From: Promethearchaeota archaeon
GTDB lineage: Archaea > Asgardarchaeota > Lokiarchaeia > Sigyniarchaeales > SOKP01
DNA length: 64,000 nt
Reading direction: 5' to 3'
NCBI GenBank assembly: GCA_048937405.1
Contig: JBHLNF010000001.1
Span: 624,785 to 688,784, forward strand
Position 1 is the stretch's first letter, and each line of letters opens with the position of its first letter. This document shows, piece after piece, positions 51,832 through 61,684 of this stretch. The notes under the pieces were generated by a model, which saw only the letters and a list, made by a program, of their open reading frames with translations, was not told where the DNA came from and searched no databases. Both the position numbers and the translations under genes were made by a program.

Positions 51832-52602
51832 TTGATTAAATTACAAATTGAAAATTTAAATGTATCGTTTAGTGATAAACGGGTTTTAAGTAACATTAAT
51901 TTGAATATTGAAAAAAACCATATTACTGCAATTATTGGTCCATCGGGATGCGGTAAAACAACCTTACTTAGAAGTATGAATAGAATGCATGATCTAATAC
52001 CTGATGCGAAAGTAACTGGCAACATTTCAATGGACAATTATAATATATATGGTAATAACAATAAAAATAGATCAATCGATTCTGTTTTAGTTAGGAGGAA
52101 AATAGGAATGGTTTTTCAAAAACCAAATCCGTTTCCAACTATGTCGATATTTAACAATGTTATTGTTGGTCTTAAATTAAAGGGTATAAGAGAAAGAGAA
52201 AAATTGGAAATGATGGTTGAAAAATATTTAAAATTAACACATTTATGGGATGAAGTTAAGGATGATTTAGAAAAATCTGGAGCGAGTCTTTCTGGTGGTC
52301 AACAACAGAGATTGTGCATAGCTAGAGCATTAGCAGTCGAACCTGAGATAATTTTAATGGATGAACCATGTTCAGCTTTAGATCCAATTGCTACTGGGAA
52401 AATTGAAGAACTAATACTTGAATTGAAGAAAGAATGGACTGTTGTAATTGTAACCCATAATATGCAACAAGCAGCAAGAATTAGTGATTTTACAGGTTTT
52501 ATGTATTTAGGAGAATTAATTGAATTTGGGGAAACTACTCAAATATTTGAGAATCCAAAAGAAGAATTAACTGAAAATTATATAACTGGAAGATTTGGTT
52601 AG
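51832..52602 (+). CDS. pstB: Phosphate ABC ATPase
   Basis: [41 protein letters not shown]. Confidence 0.97.
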   Translation: MIKLQIENLNVSFSDKRVLSNINLNIEKNHITAIIGPSGCGKTTLLRSMNRMHDLIPDAKVTGNISMDNYNIYGNNNKNRSIDSVLVRRKIGMVFQKPNPFPTMSIFNNVIVGLKLKGIREREKLEMMVEKYLKLTHLWDEVKDDLEKSGASLSGGQQQRLCIARALAVEPEIILMDEPCSALDPIATGKIEELILELKKEWTVVIVTHNMQQAARISDFTGFMYLGELIEFGETTQIFENPKEELTENYITGRFG

Positions 52603-52612
52603 GTGAATTTTA

Positions 52613-53266
52613 ATGGCAAAAGAATTACATAGAGAAATTTTTGAATTAAAAAAAGAAATTCTTGATATGGGTAATTTAGCTTTAGGAATGTTAGATGATT
52701 CAATGAAGGCTTTATCTACTCAAAATATAGAATTAGCTAAAACTACTGTGGAAAAGAAATATAAGATTAGAGAATTTGATGCAGATATAGAGTCAAATGC
52801 ATTAAAATTAATAGCCCTTTATCAACCAATGGCTATAGATCTCAGAAGATTAGCAACAATATTAAAAATGATTACTTATCTAGCAAGGATAGGGAGATAT
52901 GGTAAAGATATTGCATCAGTTGTGGAGGAAATTTCAAAAAAACAACCTTATCCTTCCCCATTTGTAAATTTACAGCATATGTGGGAACATACAAAACTAA
53001 TGATTGAAGATGCACTTAAAGCTTTTGATGAGGCGGATATTAAATACATCGAGAAATTTGAGGAAAGGGATAATGAAATTGATAAAATGAGATGGTCAAT
53101 ATTCAGAGAATGTTTAACATACATGATGGAAGATCCTAAAACAATAACATCTTGTGCCTTTTTTGGTATGATTGCACGATTTTTAGAAAGGAGTGCTGAT
53201 CATGCATGTAAAATTGCTGAGAAAGTTCATTACATGGTAACTGGAGAACATAAAGAGATTTCTTAA
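52613..53266 (+). CDS. phoU: Phosphate signalling protein PhoU
   Basis: QPMAIDLR, RIG, ER.ADHA..IAE.V.Y.VTG; directly after pstB. Confidence 0.95.
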   Translation: MAKELHREIFELKKEILDMGNLALGMLDDSMKALSTQNIELAKTTVEKKYKIREFDADIESNALKLIALYQPMAIDLRRLATILKMITYLARIGRYGKDIASVVEEISKKQPYPSPFVNLQHMWEHTKLMIEDALKAFDEADIKYIEKFEERDNEIDKMRWSIFRECLTYMMEDPKTITSCAFFGMIARFLERSADHACKIAEKVHYMVTGEHKEIS

Positions 53267-53407
53267 TTTTTTTTCCCTATAATTAATAAAATCCAGACTA
53301 ATATAAAATTACACCATAAATTTTTCTTATATTTTTTAGGAATTAATTTAATAAATTATAGTTAAGTAATAAGAATAAAAGTTATTTAAATAACCAATCA
53401 GATTATA

Positions 53408-54028
53408 ATGGACACATATAATCATTTACCTGATGTTCAAATTAAACCTATTGGACAAATATCGAAAAAATTTATAGATCTTGGAATTAAATCATTTAGA
53501 GAAGCTTGTGATTTTGTCCATAATATTGAATATGGATATAATACAGATTATGAAGATAAAATGATTTTGTTTAAAGAAAATATGGGAACTTGTACAACTA
53601 AACATGCAATAATTGCAGGTTTGGCTGAAGAACTTGACATACCTCTATATAAGCATGTAGGCGTCTATAAATTCACTGAAGAAACCTCTACTGGTACCCA
53701 AGAAATCTTAAAAAAATATAATATTCCTTATGTTCCAATGGTTCATTGCTTTTTAGTATATAAAAATTACCGATTTGATTTAACAGAAGGTAATTGTAAC
53801 GGAAAAAATACCACTCTCGAAGAATTTATATACGAACAAAAAGTTAATCCCTTCATCAGCAGAAAAGATGAATACTTACTATTTAAAAGGGTATTAAAAG
53901 AAAGAATTCTGTCATCAAAAGAAATGGATGGAATTAATGAACGATCTATATTAAAAGCGAGAGAAGAATCTATTAATCTTATAAAAAAAAATTCAAAAAG
54001 ACAAAAATTAAATAGAATTAATTTGTAA
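53408..54028 (+). CDS. Hypothetical protein, transglutaminase/papain-like Cys-His-Asp fold
   Basis: GTCTTKH, HCFL, RFD. Confidence 0.6.
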   Translation: MDTYNHLPDVQIKPIGQISKKFIDLGIKSFREACDFVHNIEYGYNTDYEDKMILFKENMGTCTTKHAIIAGLAEELDIPLYKHVGVYKFTEETSTGTQEILKKYNIPYVPMVHCFLVYKNYRFDLTEGNCNGKNTTLEEFIYEQKVNPFISRKDEYLLFKRVLKERILSSKEMDGINERSILKAREESINLIKKNSKRQKLNRINL

Positions 54029-54092
54029 TTATAAATCTTTTAGGAAACTCTATCAAGTATACAATAATTCTGATAAAATAAAATTATAATTT

Positions 54093-54785
54093 TTAAATTC
54101 CTTCTACACTGGTTAATAATACCATTATATAATCCGCAACACCTTCTATCGAATCAGAAATTGCTTCAAGAATATCAAAAATATTTCCTACCGTAAAAAT
54201 TGTAAAAAAATTCACATCATATTTAGTTTCTTGAAGACTTCTTCGGAGCTTAATGTTCAATAGGTCAACCTTATGTTCATTTTGATTAATTTGTCTAGCA
54301 ATCTCTTTAACTTGCTTCCTTTCTTCTACCAAATCAATTACTATCTTATCTAGATATTTAGCACAATCAACTGTAGTCTTCATTATTTCAATAATTAGAT
54401 TAATAGTTTCTTCACTACTCTGATCCCAAAATTTTACTGGTACAGTAGCTATTCTACGGGCTACTCCATTACAACAATTGGCAACATCATCAATTCTTTT
54501 AATTAAATGCGATAAATTTTGCCTTACACTTGGATCTAATTCTCCTTTTGAAATATCTTTTTGAAGATCCCTTCTTAAGTCATCGGCTTCACCTTCTAAT
54601 TTATCAACATTATGAAAAATATCATGAGTCTTTTCGAGATCTTTTTCTTTTAGAAGCATTAATATTCCTCTATCTAACTCTTTGACACATTCTTGTACTT
54701 TTTGAGCATGCTTTATAGTCTTTTCCAAAGCATTTAAAGCAGTTTCTCTTTTCAGGTATTCAATTAAAGAACCCATAATAACCAA
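54093..54785 (-). CDS. DUF47 (PhoU-like) phosphate transport regulator
   Basis: LEGEADDLRR, IDDVA, EHKVD, E.ISD..E.VAD. Confidence 0.9.
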   Translation of the reverse strand: MVIMGSLIEYLKRETALNALEKTIKHAQKVQECVKELDRGILMLLKEKDLEKTHDIFHNVDKLEGEADDLRRDLQKDISKGELDPSVRQNLSHLIKRIDDVANCCNGVARRIATVPVKFWDQSSEETINLIIEIMKTTVDCAKYLDKIVIDLVEERKQVKEIARQINQNEHKVDLLNIKLRRSLQETKYDVNFFTIFTVGNIFDILEAISDSIEGVADYIMVLLTSVEGI

Positions 54786-54816
54786 TTTTTTATTCTCAAT
54801 TTTATTCTCTATATAA

Positions 54817-54826
54817 ACTATATAGT
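54817..54826. promoter_or_regulatory. ACTATATAGT palindrome (candidate PHO box)
   Basis: In the short spacer upstream of DUF47 gene 54093..54785. Confidence 0.5.
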
Positions 54827-54856
54827 AATATATATTTTTTACTTATTATAAATTTA

Positions 54857-55894
54857 TCAAGTTAATCCAAATGAGCTTAATCCAAAGTATATAAAACCTG
54901 CAAGTAGTGCGGCTATAGGAAACGTTAATACCCAAAAAATTGCCATCTTTCCTAAACCTTTATAATCCACCTCTTTTTTTTGGGCAATACTCATTCCAAC
55001 TATACAAAATACAATTACATGGCTATGAGAAATTGGAAGTGCAAAAAGTGTAGCAATCATTAAAATAATTGCAGAACTAATCTGGATAATAAAACCTTCA
55101 CTAGGGCGTGTATCAATCATATGGGATGCTAAATTTTTGATAACATACCGTCCTGCAATGTAAATACCGAGAAATGAAAAAATACCACAAAAAATTGCAT
55201 ATAAAATGTATTGTCCATTTGTTATAGAACTATTTTCTCTAAGACCTAGAAGAATACCTAAAGCTTCTCCTGAATTAGCTCCGACCCAAATTTCTGCAAA
55301 CAAGACAGCAATTAATAAAAACCACTTAAACATTTTTTCAGATTTCTCGATCTGATTTAAACCCTTTAAACGAGATAAGAAAACTTTAGCACATATTTTA
55401 AAGAGAATATAAGTTATTAATAATCCTGATATTGGTGAAATAAACCAACTTAAAATTACATTTGTTAATTTCTCATTATTGAAAGCGGTATTAAGATCAA
55501 TTCCTCCCTGGGAAATAGCATAAACTATTATTACCCCCACAATACTTCCAATTAACGAGTGTGTACTACTTAATGGAATCCCCGAAAAACTCCCTACCAC
55601 TAACCAGATAATACTACTTATCAATACAGTTAAGAGCATATAATTAGTATATTTTTCTTCTAAACCTTCACCTAAAATGTTTTTTCCTACGGTTTCCGGG
55701 ACAAAACCACCGCTGAAAAGAATCATACCAGAACCAACGGCAATACCCCCCACAATTAATGCTATTTTGAATTTTATAACACCAGCACCAACTAAAGAAG
55801 CGAGTGTTTCATCATTAGCGCCAATACTAAAAGCTAAACCAACAGCCATGATTATTAAAACTATAACTAAGAGTATTGTTAGTTCTTCAGCCAT
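54857..55894 (-). CDS. PiT-family inorganic phosphate (anion) transporter
   Basis: GAND, P.SSTH..G, second repeat GANS and PISHSH; W..TFP. Confidence 0.88.
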   Translation of the reverse strand: MAEELTILLVIVLIIMAVGLAFSIGANDETLASLVGAGVIKFKIALIVGGIAVGSGMILFSGGFVPETVGKNILGEGLEEKYTNYMLLTVLISSIIWLVVGSFSGIPLSSTHSLIGSIVGVIIVYAISQGGIDLNTAFNNEKLTNVILSWFISPISGLLITYILFKICAKVFLSRLKGLNQIEKSEKMFKWFLLIAVLFAEIWVGANSGEALGILLGLRENSSITNGQYILYAIFCGIFSFLGIYIAGRYVIKNLASHMIDTRPSEGFIIQISSAIILMIATLFALPISHSHVIVFCIVGMSIAQKKEVDYKGLGKMAIFWVLTFPIAALLAGFIYFGLSSFGLT

Positions 55895-55920
55895 TTTTTT
55901 TTTTCTTGTCTAGTAATTTT

Positions 55921-56583
55921 TTAGTCAAAAATAAGATATTTTGTTGCAAGAAACTGGATATATTCAGAGAAGTTTTTAATATGATCGGAGAGCATCATAA
56001 TATCTTCAATTAAATTTTTCAAATATAGGAATGTTCTTGATAAATAATCCATATCATAATTATATAAGCGATTTAGTAATTGCCATTCATCATCTCGCAT
56101 TTTTCGCCTTTCTTCTTTTATTTCTTCACATATATCATGAGCTTTACTAAGATCTGAACCAATAGATTTTACAGCTTCAGACAATTTATTTGATATAGTT
56201 TTTAATGAGTTAAGAATACGTAATATATGAGTCTTAAATTGTTTATCGGGAAAAATAGCTTTATAGAGAAGCATTCGATTTGCTAAAAATTCTTCTATAT
56301 TTTTAATATCGTTTATTTTGTTAAATAGTTTTAATCTGTCTGCTTTGGAGAACATGAGTTTTGATTTGAATATCTTTGATTCAAATTGCTTTTTTATTTG
56401 GACTTCAGTATTAGTTTCTATAACATAATTCATATTTTCCTTGAAATTGTTAAAATTTTCTTGAACAAGATATTCAATCCCTTTTATTAGTTTCATCGTT
56501 TGTTCATTTATGTTATCCATGAATAAATGAGTTAATTCATCAATACTGCGTTTCTTTAATTCCTTATCCTCAATATTCTTCAT
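55921..56583 (-). CDS. Divergent DUF47-like protein
   Basis: All-helical, same size as the neighbouring DUF47 proteins; DR..L...I.DI and LSDHI..FSEY. Confidence 0.65.
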   Translation of the reverse strand: MKNIEDKELKKRSIDELTHLFMDNINEQTMKLIKGIEYLVQENFNNFKENMNYVIETNTEVQIKKQFESKIFKSKLMFSKADRLKLFNKINDIKNIEEFLANRMLLYKAIFPDKQFKTHILRILNSLKTISNKLSEAVKSIGSDLSKAHDICEEIKEERRKMRDDEWQLLNRLYNYDMDYLSRTFLYLKNLIEDIMMLSDHIKNFSEYIQFLATKYLIFD

Positions 56584-56607
56584 TTTCTATATTATTCATT
56601 TTATATT

Positions 56608-56615
56608 CTATATAG
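56608..56615. promoter_or_regulatory. CTATATAG palindrome (candidate PHO box)
   Basis: 25 nt upstream of ATG 56583; variant ATATATAG at 56641. Confidence 0.5.
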
Positions 56616-56877
56616 TTAATATATATTCTATTAAATTTCAATATATAGCTTATTTTTATTGTTAAATTATTAATCATGAAAAATTTGTCTAATAATATGT
56701 TCAAATTTGGATTTCCTTCCTCCATTTTAAATTACAAGATTTTAATTATAGCTTCTTTAAAAAAATCATATTAATAAAATAAATAATAAAGTGGAATAGA
56801 AAACATTTTATGCATTAACAACTTCAATGAATATAAAAAAAAGAAATAATTAAAAGATAAAAAAATAGAAATTATTA

Positions 56878-57561
56878 CTAAATTTTCTTAGCTACTGTCA
56901 ACATAATAATATAATCAGCAACGTCTTCCGCATTATCACTGATAGCTTCCATAGCTGATATACAATTATAAATAACTATTGCACTAAAAGGATTTATCTC
57001 AATATTATTTGAGACTAAACTTCTACTAATTGCATAATTTTTTTCATCACACTGATGTTCTAAAATATTAACCTCTTGCCCTATCTGTTGAATTTTTTCT
57101 TCCTCTGCTTTTAAAAGTTCATTAACCATAAGATTTACTTTTTTAACAGCCTCTACTGAGATTCTTGAAATATCTAAAATATTTCTATGAATATCTTCGC
57201 CTAAACTCATAAAATCTTTATGATTCATAGAAATAAGAATTCTTGAACTAGCATTTGCGGTATTCGCAATGTCATCAATTCTTTTAACAAGGTGAATCAG
57301 ATTCTCTCGAATTTTAGATGGAAGTTCTGCTTGTGATAACATATTCAGAATATTTCTTCGAATTCCATCTGCTTGATGTTCTAATTCATCAACTCGGAAA
57401 AATACTTTTAATGCAAGATCAATGTTTTTTTCTTCAAGAAGAAATGACAAACCTTTATCAAATTCGACAATACATTCAAGTACTTTCTGAGTATGAACTA
57501 AAGTTAAATTTATTGCATTTTCTTCATTACGAGATTTGAACCATTCCATCAAGGAACTCAT
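56878..57561 (-). CDS. DUF47 (PhoU-like) phosphate transport regulator
   Basis: LEHQADGIRR, IDDIA, EHQCD, EAISDNAEDVAD. Confidence 0.92.
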   Translation of the reverse strand: MSSLMEWFKSRNEENAINLTLVHTQKVLECIVEFDKGLSFLLEEKNIDLALKVFFRVDELEHQADGIRRNILNMLSQAELPSKIRENLIHLVKRIDDIANTANASSRILISMNHKDFMSLGEDIHRNILDISRISVEAVKKVNLMVNELLKAEEEKIQQIGQEVNILEHQCDEKNYAISRSLVSNNIEINPFSAIVIYNCISAMEAISDNAEDVADYIIMLTVAKKI

Positions 57562-57604
57562 ATATTATACCTTTTTTTCTTTATTTCAATATATTTGATT
57601 ATTT

Positions 57605-58828
57605 TTATTCTAATTTTAATACTTCTCTTATTATATCATTACTAGGATGTTCAAATATTATCCCCAATTCTTTAGGAAAATATACTGTTACCTCAGAATT
57701 CTCTAAAAATGCATTATGGATTTCATAAGTGGCTGATCTAGTAACAATAATCACTTTATCTTTATGGTCTATTTTTGTAAGGATTTCAAATCGGTAAAAT
57801 ACTCCCATAAATTTACGACGGAGTAGTGTTCCCAATATTGCATTTCTTTTTTCATTGACACGATTACCTAATCGAAGTTTCATATGGTTTGCTCGAACAA
57901 CTAATAGAACTTTATCATTATTCTGAATTTTATTATACAATGATTTTTTTAGATAACCTGCGAAAGTATTTTCAAAACCAATATCTATTGGCATTGGAAC
58001 AGATTCTTCTTGAATCTCATTGAAGAATTTATCCCCCTGCTTAGATTTACTATGAATATCCCATTCTGGCTTTATATTTTTAATACAAATTCCATCAAAA
58101 TAATTTATTTCACTCATAAAATTTGCTACAAAAAGATTAATTGGATGATAATATATCTCATTAGGACTTCCTACCTGAATAAGTTTTCCTTCATTAATTA
58201 CAGCTATTCTATCAGCCACCATCATTGCCTCTCTTTCGTCATTGGTAACATGAATTACTGTTAAACCTAGTTCTTTAGATTTTGCCATTAAAAGTAATTC
58301 TCTTCTTAAACTCATTCTAAGTCCAGCATCAAGTGCTTTTAAAGGTTCATCTAATATCAATAGTTTTGTTTGTTCTAGATTTAGCAAGGACCGACATAAT
58401 GCGACTCTCTGTTTCATTCCCCCACTTAATTCATCTGGGTATGCATCATTTCTTCTAGTTAATAAAGTCATCATTAAAACTTGTTCAACTAATGATTTGG
58501 TTATTTGGGAAGCTCTAGCATGAACTCTTCCACTATAAGAAATATTTTCAACAACATTCATATGAGGAAATAATGCATAGTTTTCAAACATAAAACCTAT
58601 ATTTCTCTCACCAGGCGATCTTTTAGTTACATCCTGCTCATCGAAAAATATTTTCCCAGAATCTGGTTTAAGAAGGCCGGCAATAAGCTTAAGTAATGTA
58701 GTTTTACCGGCACCTGTGGGACCTAAAATAATAAAGTATTCTTTATCTTTTATCTCTAGTGAAATATTTTCTAATGCCGTGAAATTTCTAAATTTTTTAA
58801 AAATATTTTTCAATTTAATATTTACCAA
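57605..58828 (-). CDS. MalK/PotA-type ABC ATPase with TOBE tail; degenerate Q-loop and H-loop
   Basis: GPTGAGKT, LSGGMKQR and LDEP are intact, but the Q-loop reads FMFENY and the H-loop reads HVTND. Confidence 0.92.
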   Translation of the reverse strand: MVNIKLKNIFKKFRNFTALENISLEIKDKEYFIILGPTGAGKTTLLKLIAGLLKPDSGKIFFDEQDVTKRSPGERNIGFMFENYALFPHMNVVENISYSGRVHARASQITKSLVEQVLMMTLLTRRNDAYPDELSGGMKQRVALCRSLLNLEQTKLLILDEPLKALDAGLRMSLRRELLLMAKSKELGLTVIHVTNDEREAMMVADRIAVINEGKLIQVGSPNEIYYHPINLFVANFMSEINYFDGICIKNIKPEWDIHSKSKQGDKFFNEIQEESVPMPIDIGFENTFAGYLKKSLYNKIQNNDKVLLVVRANHMKLRLGNRVNEKRNAILGTLLRRKFMGVFYRFEILTKIDHKDKVIIVTRSATYEIHNAFLENSEVTVYFPKELGIIFEHPSNDIIREVLKLE

Positions 58829-58839
58829 TAATTTTTCAC

Positions 58840-59985
58840 CTACGATAAAGAAAGTTCAGATAATAAATTTTTAGGGGCCTTAAATACGTGGATATCATCC
58901 TTATGAATTCCAATTATTAATTTTTTTCCTGAGATGAAGTTTTCCTCAAAATTTCCTGGTTTTATTGAAATGAATTTATCATTGTTATCTAAATTTAAAT
59001 AAAATCTTTTTGTTGCCCCAATAAATCTTGATGTTTCTAAAATACACTCAAATAATTCCATTTGAGACCAATTATATTGGCTGCTTTCAAAATCATAATC
59101 TTCAGGAAATAGATATACATCTTCAAAACGAAATGCGATTACTATATTATCATCTAAATCAAATTTATTACCAAAATTATGTGTTTTTAATTTTGGACCA
59201 CCCAAACGAATTCTAATCTCCATTTCATTATTGTCAAATAACTTTAAAACAAAACCTTGAAGAAAATTAGTTTCTCCTAAAAAATTTGCAACGAATATAC
59301 TATTTGGACTTTCATATAAATCATAGGGAGATCCCATCTGAAGTAATTTTCCTCCTCTCATAATTATAATTTTGTCGGCTATAGCCATAGCTTCTTCTTG
59401 ATTATGAGTAACATGTATAGCTGTGAGACCTAAATCTTTCACTAAATTTCTTAACTCATGACGAAAAACTTTAGATACTTTTGGATCTAAAGATCCTAAT
59501 GGCTCATCCATAATCAGAATTTTGGCACCAGTTGCTATTGCTCTTGCTATACCTAATTTTTGTAAACCTGGATTTCCAAAAATTGATGGATATTCATCAG
59601 CATATTGTAGTAAATCAACTGTTTTGAGAGCTTTTTCAGTTTCCTTAATAATATAATTATCGTTATATCCTCGCATTTCTAAACCAAATGTTACATTTTC
59701 CCATACAGTCAAATGATCAAAAATTTCAAAATGTTGAAAAATAAATCCCATATCTCTATCTTCTGGTGGGATGCCTTTAACATCTTTTCCATCAATCAAA
59801 ATTTTACCATTGGTAGGCTCTTCAAGTCCTGCAATTATTCTAAGCGTTGTGGTTTTCCCACATCCAGTAGGTCCTATCAAAAAAACATATTCCCCATGTT
59901 CAATTTTTACAGAGATATTATCAACAGCTAGGACCTTACCTTCGTTAAAAGTTTTTGTAACATTTAATAGTTCTATAGTTGGCAA
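58840..59985 (-). CDS. MalK/PotA-type ABC ATPase; degenerate signature motif
   Basis: GPTGCGKT, FIFQH, MDEP and HVTHNQ are intact, but the signature reads FGNPG. Start placed at TTG 59985 after AGAGGA. Confidence 0.92.
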   Translation of the reverse strand: MPTIELLNVTKTFNEGKVLAVDNISVKIEHGEYVFLIGPTGCGKTTTLRIIAGLEEPTNGKILIDGKDVKGIPPEDRDMGFIFQHFEIFDHLTVWENVTFGLEMRGYNDNYIIKETEKALKTVDLLQYADEYPSIFGNPGLQKLGIARAIATGAKILIMDEPLGSLDPKVSKVFRHELRNLVKDLGLTAIHVTHNQEEAMAIADKIIIMRGGKLLQMGSPYDLYESPNSIFVANFLGETNFLQGFVLKLFDNNEMEIRIRLGGPKLKTHNFGNKFDLDDNIVIAFRFEDVYLFPEDYDFESSQYNWSQMELFECILETSRFIGATKRFYLNLDNNDKFISIKPGNFEENFISGKKLIIGIHKDDIHVFKAPKNLLSELSLS

Positions 59986-59989
59986 TAGA

Positions 59990-61666
59990 TTATCCTCTTT
60001 TTTTTGATACTGTTCGTAATGCAAAAATTAAGAATGCACTAAAAATCATAATAATTACACTCGCAAATACTCCTGAGGCATAGGCATTTGCCTCAACAAA
60101 ATCTACGATAAGCACAGGAACGGTTCTTACGCCACCCATTACAACAATAGTCGCACCCGTTTCTCCTAATGAGCGAGTGAAAGTCATAATACATCCTGCA
60201 ATAATCCCTTGTTTTATGTTGGGAAGTGTAATTTTTCTAAAAACGGTCATGTTCGAGGCACCTAAAGTTCGAGCAGCTTCTTCAACTCCCTTATTTGAAG
60301 ATTCTAAAACTCCAATTATAGGACGAACCATATATGGAAATGTAAAAGCAATATGTACAAATAATATCATAAAAAATCCAGATTGAAACAAACCAAAACC
60401 TGTTGGACCCCAAAATAAAAATGTTGCAAATCCTAAAGCTGCTGAAGGAATTGCGATCGGAATATCTAAAATAGTATCTAAAATGGTGATCATTTTTCCC
60501 CACTTTCGCTTTGTAATTATAAATGCAAAAGGTATACCAAAAATTAAATTTGCAAGAACAGCTAAGGCTCCTATTTCAATTGAGTAAATAAAACTTGTAT
60601 ATAAAAAAGCCCACTTATAATCTTTTCCTAAGAAAACCTCCTCTACAATATTAGCTCCAATTATTTCTATTATAATATAAAATGCAGGTATAAGAATTAC
60701 AATAAAAAGAATTCCTAAAGCTAATAAATCTCTTAAATGTCTTAAACTCTTTTTACTTAAAAATCTTTCTATTCTAGGCCATACTGAATTAATTGGAAAT
60801 CCTGTTTTCCGAGTCAAAAATTTTATTGAAAATAATAGTAAAAGTGAAATTACAATTAAAATTCCAGCTAGTAAAGAAGCGGAGGGCAATTCTAATTGCC
60901 TTCTATAGCCCACAATCAAAATAGGGGCGGTTTCAACTAAACCCGAAAGTATAATTGTAGCACCAGTTTCACCTAAGCTTCTCGTAAATGCAAGAATAGC
61001 CCCAGCTATTAATCCTTCTTTCATCAATGGAAGTGTTATAGTTCGAAATACTGTGAATCCTGGAGCGCCTAGAGTTTGAGCAGCCTCTTCATATAGAACA
61101 GAAGTTTTTTCTAATACAATCTTCATATTTCGTACAATATATGGAAAAGTGAATACTATGTGTCCAAGCACAATCAATGTAAATCCTGGATATATTCCAA
61201 ATATTCCCCAAAATAACATTATAGAAAATCCTAAAGCACTAGTAGGTACGGCCATTGGTAAATCTACCAATGCGTCAAGTATTTTTTTACCTCTAAAATT
61301 ATATCTCGTTAATATAATTGATATGGGAAAAGCAATGATAATATCAACACCTACAGCTATAGAAGCAATTGAAAAGGAGCTTCCTAAAGCTCTCAACATA
61401 TTATGCCATTGCAAATCTCCCAACAATGGGTCGTTAAAGACATCTTTTTTTATAGCAGGAATGTTTAGAAATATAGTTGAAAAAATGTTTATTATCGGAC
61501 CTATAATAACCAAAATGAAAAAGATAATTACTATAGAATCTAAACTTTTTCTGAATATTGACTTGGAAAAGAATCTATCTAATTTTAAATTTAAAGGTAA
61601 ATTCAATTCTTCTTCAAGAGAGCCTCCTTTCAAATCTTGATTTTTCTTTTGTATTTTCTTTATCAT
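59990..61666 (-). CDS. Fused double ABC permease (CysT/W-, ModB-, FbpB-like)
   Basis: Two repeats of DLP.A.P..ALG, EEAA.TLGA and FTRSLGETGAT. Confidence 0.92.
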   Translation of the reverse strand: MIKKIQKKNQDLKGGSLEEELNLPLNLKLDRFFSKSIFRKSLDSIVIIFFILVIIGPIINIFSTIFLNIPAIKKDVFNDPLLGDLQWHNMLRALGSSFSIASIAVGVDIIIAFPISIILTRYNFRGKKILDALVDLPMAVPTSALGFSIMLFWGIFGIYPGFTLIVLGHIVFTFPYIVRNMKIVLEKTSVLYEEAAQTLGAPGFTVFRTITLPLMKEGLIAGAILAFTRSLGETGATIILSGLVETAPILIVGYRRQLELPSASLLAGILIVISLLLLFSIKFLTRKTGFPINSVWPRIERFLSKKSLRHLRDLLALGILFIVILIPAFYIIIEIIGANIVEEVFLGKDYKWAFLYTSFIYSIEIGALAVLANLIFGIPFAFIITKRKWGKMITILDTILDIPIAIPSAALGFATFLFWGPTGFGLFQSGFFMILFVHIAFTFPYMVRPIIGVLESSNKGVEEAARTLGASNMTVFRKITLPNIKQGIIAGCIMTFTRSLGETGATIVVMGGVRTVPVLIVDFVEANAYASGVFASVIIMIFSAFLIFALRTVSKKRG

Positions 61667-61684
61667 TTTAATTAATATTTCTTT

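Noticed and set aside
3090-61640. Short ORFs overlapping larger genes (e.g. 3090, 5936, 6034, 8363, 9761, 10209, 11457, 11624, 16679, 22215, 25228, 25582, 27319, 27933, 28116, 28338, 29068, 30720, 31008, 31458, 33932, 35438, 37982, 49250, 51510, 51816, 55677, 57318, 58010, 59028, 59713, 59771, 60177, 60291, 61149)
   Set aside because: Antisense or out-of-frame shadows of well-supported genes, with no recognisable motifs.
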